In this document: positions 38,340 to 42,399 of the stretch, one piece after another
How the letters are laid out: every line of letters starts with the position of its first letter
Numbering within the stretch: position 1 is the stretch's first letter
NCBI RefSeq assembly: GCF_001194135.2
Contig: NC_068986.1
Span: 100,937,431 to 100,979,829 of the forward strand
Source: Octopus bimaculoides
Taxonomy: Eukaryota
Direction: 5' to 3'
DNA length: 42,399 bases
Notes under the pieces: model-generated
What the model saw: only the letters and a program-made list of their open reading frames with translations
Told to the model about the DNA's origin: nothing
The model's database searches: none
Program-made: the position numbers and the translations under genes

Positions 38340-38620
38340 TACAAGCACATACGCATGTACGTACTCTTACAAACGTGTATATATCCATAGACGCATAAAT
38401 AATGCATACATACATATATAAACATTCATGTATAAATATGTATATGCAGTTACACAAACAAATGCGTACATGTATAGGTATGCATATATGCATGCATACA
38501 AAAATACGTATTATTATTGAAAATATTATTATTGAGTGTATGTATATATATATATATATATACACTGTGTGTGCGTATATATATATATATATATATATGC
38601 ATACGCACACACAGAGACTC
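38340..38620. repeat. TA/CA-rich low-complexity region
   Basis: Directly visible. Confidence 0.85.
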
Positions 38621-38687
38621 ACACACTTAGACATGATATTTGAACGTAAATTTTATTTATAATTCTTTACGGCTGTGTGTAAATATA

Positions 38688-39560
38688 TTGGGTGCAGCGA
38701 GTAAACTGTCGTCTAAATTACGAAAGAAGGAAAATAAAACTGACATCTCATTTTAACTGATATATTTAGTAAATTACATGAAACATATTTTGAAATACGA
38801 AAGAGTACATTTATTCAATAAAATCGCAATAGGCTTCAACCAGAGTCTTCAGACAACTTCGGAATCTCCTGCAACTCTTGTGGACGGTTACCGTGTTGAT
38901 GTTGGTGAATGCCACCATAATCCTGGCCTTCAGTTTTTCTTTGGTGCTACAAGGAGTCTTGTTGGTCTCTCGCTCAACAGCGCTCCATAAATTCTAATGA
39001 AGAGGGTTAGAGTATGGGGTTACATAAATTTTTTGACAGCCATAATTGGGTTCCTCTACTTGTGGGGCATGGTTCAGAGTCAAGTTGCCAGACGTAGGTT
39101 CTTGCAACAGTTACCTTCTTGACACAGAGCAGTGCTACATCCTCCACGTATTTGATGCAGGCATCTGTGTTGAGTCTGAGTCCGTATGGAAAGATGAATC
39201 GAGACATAACATCACCATATCTAGTGATCACACCAAACAGCATGATGTTGACTGGATGTTTGATATTTATTTCAGCAAATGTCCTCAGATTGCTCTGTCC
39301 TCACATTGAAACTCAAATATTGAAATATTCGTATTGGAGCTTCCGGCGCGAATGCCAAGCAGAACAGCATGTCATTTCCGAATATCTGGCTGAGTGACTT
39401 GCGGCATGGTGCTGCTGTTTTGCTCACAGACTTTCCAAATGATTCTACTATACTGCGTAGTCGACAAAAACAAACAACGTATGTGCGCGAAATTAAAAAT
39501 TTGAAATGATGACAATTGACACATCACAACCTGTGTGTCCCCTTTTATAAACAATGGCAG
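38688..39560 (-). mobile_element. DD37D (maT)-like Tc1/mariner element, internally deleted and dead
   Basis: Minus strand: MPQVTQPDIRK*HAVLLGIRAGSSNTNIS (ATG at 39407), a large deletion, then MLFGVITRYGDVMSRFIFPYGLRLNTDACIKYVEDV...YVWQLDSEPCPTS...NPLH*NLWSAVERETNKTPCSTKEKLKARIMVAFTNIN...SCRRFRSCLKTLVEAYCDFIE* (stop 38811-38813). The family assignment is by motif resemblance; a small deletion prevents counting the spacing. Confidence 0.88.
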
Positions 39561-39610
39561 AGGCGTGTACCAACAATTTAAGTTGGAAAGTTAATATGTG
39601 TTTATGCTAA

Positions 39611-39802
39611 GACGGTGACCTGGCAGAAAATACTTAGCAGATTTTCGTCTGTCTTTATGTTTTGTATTCAAATTCCGCCGCTGTAGATTCTGCATTTTAT
39701 CCTTTCGGGGTCGATGAATTAAGTACCAGTTATATAGTGGAGACGATCTAATCCACTATCCCGCTCCCCCAAAATTTCGTGCCTGGTGCCGAGAGTAGAA
39801 CA
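39611..39802 (+). mobile_element. Family-B SINE
   Basis: gacggtgacctggcagaaaatacttagc...aaattccgccg...cctttcggggtcgatgaattaagtaccagt...ccccaaaatttcgtgcctggtgccgagagtagaa. Confidence 0.9.
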
Positions 39803-40048
39803 GACTGTGGTATTGCTTGAGTATGTTTTTTCAGTTATGTGCCTGTGTACTCACGCATGTACTAAAGCCTGTGCGAGTGTATTCCTTCACATATTCATGG
39901 CTTTGTGTTTTTTCTATGTATTACGTATATTCCGAGAATGTATACTTTAACGCGACGAAGAATAATTTATTTATATCAAATAGATATTTTACTAGAAGTC
40001 ATGATTTTCAGATTTTTATTCATTTTCATGAAACGAATCTCACAGGTG

Positions 40049-40153
40049 TCTCCTCCTCCTCCTCCTCCTCCTCCTCCTCCTCCTTCTTCTTCTTCTTCTT
40101 CTTCTTCTTCTTCTTCTTCTTCTTCTTCTTCTTCTTTTCTTCTTCTTCTTCTT
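40049..40153. repeat. Compound (CCT)n-(CTT)n microsatellite
   Basis: Directly visible; the source of the poly-P/S/F/E/K/R ORFs. Confidence 0.98.
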
Positions 40154-41337
40154 CTTCTTCTTCTTCTTCTTCTCCATTTAACGAAGCTACTGACTTTAAA
40201 TGCACACATATATACATTGGCATACACATATATATATATACAGATACATACATATGTAAATATATGCACATATGTGATTGTGTGTGAACATATTTACACC
40301 CATACTTAACGTACACATCTATTGCTAGCATTAATCACACATAATTTAGATTTATTTTTTCCTGAATAAAATACAATTTTGAAAATAATTGAAGTGACTA
40401 ATTGATAGTTAATGAGCATTATCTTTCATGTAATTGACAACATCGCCAATGAACAACGCTTCACAATATTTTCAAATATTTTTTTTTAGTTCGCCAAGTT
40501 ACGTGCTACAATTACTTGACTCTTGTATTAATATAATTATGAATGCAAAATATATAAAGAAATAAACATATAACTAAATATATAAAGAAAAAAATTGAGA
40601 GTATTCTACGATGTCACTCATTAACTCGTCCGTTGCCATATTTCTCCTGAAATACGCTACCTCTGTTTCAAATGATTGAAAAATGATGAACAATTTAGCA
40701 AAATTACATTACCATTAGTAAGCTATGTTTGGAACATAAATTAACGTTTCATGTTATTTTATTTTCCAACGATAACATTGAATTTCAATTACTTTGATAA
40801 ACTGGAAGTATTATTATAGAACCAGGGACGGTTTCAAGCAGGCTGGTATCCAACGGATTAATTGTAAAAAAGAAACCATAAAGACTGACGGACACATTGT
40901 TATTAAATGAAGGATTCAATGACAGTATTGAAATTGGAAATCGAATGCGGTATCGTATACGTTAATGCAGTAACGTTGTCATAAAATAGAACGGAAAACT
41001 CTGAAAGTACTGAACATTAGTAAAGCCATATAATGCAGTCAGAGAAATCCCTTCGATTTCATGGTATCTCACCTCCAGTAAAGACATTAAAGGACCACTG
41101 GGATTTCTGTCTGTCATTGCAATTCAACGAAATAGTAAAATGCGGTTTTGTACAAAAGCATTGGCCTCAAAAATCAGATAGTATTTGACTCATTCACAGT
41201 GTTCATAGTATGTTGAGGAAGAATGCTGTTACGTATTATGTGCCAGTAGTTATGTAACAACAAATATAACACGGAGAAATATTTTAGGTATGACATACGT
41301 AAATTTATTTCCGTGAAGCGTTCCATATTTTTTAATA

Positions 41338-41890
41338 GGCGTAAGAGAGGCTGTGTGGTAAGTAGCTCATGTGTTCCGGGTTCAGTCCCACTGCGTGGCA
41401 CCTTGGGCAAGAGTCGTCTACTATAGCTTCGGGCCGACCAAAGCCTTGTGAGTGGATTTGGTAGACGGAAACTGAAAGACACACGTCGTATATATGTATA
41501 TATATATATATATATACAAAAATAAGAGGANNNNNNNNNNNNNNNNNNNNNNNNNNNNNNNNNNNNNNNNNNNNNNNNNNNNNNNNNNNNNNNNNNNNNN
41601 NNNNNNNNNNNNNNNNNNNNNNNNNNNNNNNNNNNNNNNNNNNNNNNNNNNNNNNNNNNNNNNNNNNNNNNNNNNNNNNNNNNATATACATGCGTGTGTG
41701 TGTGTGTATGTTTGTGTGTCTGTGTTTGTCTCCCCAACATAGCTTGACAACCGATGTTGGTGTGTTTACGTCCCCGTAGACTAGCGGTTCGGCAACAGAG
41801 ACCGATAGAATAAGTACTAAGCTTCCAAAGAATAAGTCCTGGGGTCGATTTGCTCGACTAAAGACTGAAACAAGTAAACGAAAAAAGAGA
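41338..41890 (+). mobile_element. Near full-length family-A SINE with gap 41531-41683 in its internal microsatellite
   Basis: Head ggcgtaagagaggctgtgtggtaagtagc...gggttcagtcccactgcgtggcaccttgggcaag...gtagacggaaactgaaagac; 3' module ...ggggtcgatttgctcgactaaag|actgaaacaagtaaa. Confidence 0.95.
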
Positions 41891-42009
41891 GAGTGTATAT
41901 GTTACGAGATTTGTATTATTCGTACCAGATCGTCTTACAATACGCACTTAAATAGCACAAATTTACTTATATTCTTACTATGCAATATTTCCTTCAAACT
42001 GACGATACG

Positions 42010-42100
42010 TTTGTGTATGTGCGTATGCATGTATGTGCATGCATACATACAGTATGCACACATACACACACACACATATATATATATATGCATGTAAATG
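42010..42100. repeat. TG/CA/TA microsatellite cluster
   Basis: Directly visible. Confidence 0.9.
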
Positions 42101-42249
42101 TTTATATAGTAGATTGTAATGGGCATTTTGAAAGGAAGAGACATGCAAACGAATTTCGTATTGGGAAAAGTATATATATATATTTAACATATAAATTATT
42201 TACACATTCGACCAGTTGTTCTCATGATATTTATGACTAAAGGGTTACT

Positions 42250-42387
42250 CTCTCTTTTACTCTTTTACTTGTTTCAGTCATTTGACTGCGGTCATGCTGG
42301 AGCACCGCCATTTATCGAGCAAATCGACCCTAGGACTTATTCTTTGGAAGCCTAGTAATTATTCTATCGGTCTTTTTTGCCAAACCG
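42250..42387 (-). mobile_element. Family-A SINE 3' module, ending at a (TA)n run at the window edge
   Basis: Reverse complement cggtttggcaaaaaagaccgatagaat...gggtcgatttgctcgataaatggcggtgctccagcatgaccgcagtcaaatgactgaaacaagtaaaagagtaaaagag. Confidence 0.95.
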
Positions 42388-42399
42388 TATATATATATA

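Noticed and set aside
39817-40331. Longest N-free ORFs (97-156 aa) with poly-P/S/F/E/K/R
   Set aside because: Open only because the (CCT)(CTT) and CA/TA repeats lack stops.
4343-41750. All long ORFs containing X runs
   Set aside because: Artefacts of reading through N gaps and dinucleotide repeats.
1-42399. CRISPR arrays, operons, prokaryotic defence or other novel multi-gene systems
   Set aside because: No regularly spaced repeat-spacer structure and no gene-dense region; the repeats are eukaryotic SINEs and microsatellites.

Overview
This is AT-rich, microsatellite-dense eukaryotic DNA with 8 assembly gaps (about 2.2 kb of N). From memory, its dispersed repeats match those of an octopus (coleoid cephalopod) genome; that assignment is my recognition, not a database result. 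I could not identify an intact protein-coding gene: the ORF track is explained by microsatellites, N-runs, decayed transposase fragments or chance. The window reads as intronic or intergenic repeat debris. It holds about 16 tRNA-derived SINE copies or fragments in three families (three with target-site duplications), four dead Tc1/mariner-superfamily transposons of different lineages, a CR1-group LINE 3' end, a possible piggyBac remnant, a possible RTE LINE scrap, and many simple and compound microsatellites. I found no convincing novel biological system. The most worthwhile observations are a bipartite SINE with an internal microsatellite, a closely spaced ~92%-identical inverted SINE pair (possible ADAR substrate), a Tc1-like transposase remnant with D-36-E spacing, and a few weak splice-site-bounded exon candidates. 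Repeat boundaries are approximate unless fixed by a TSD or TIR.
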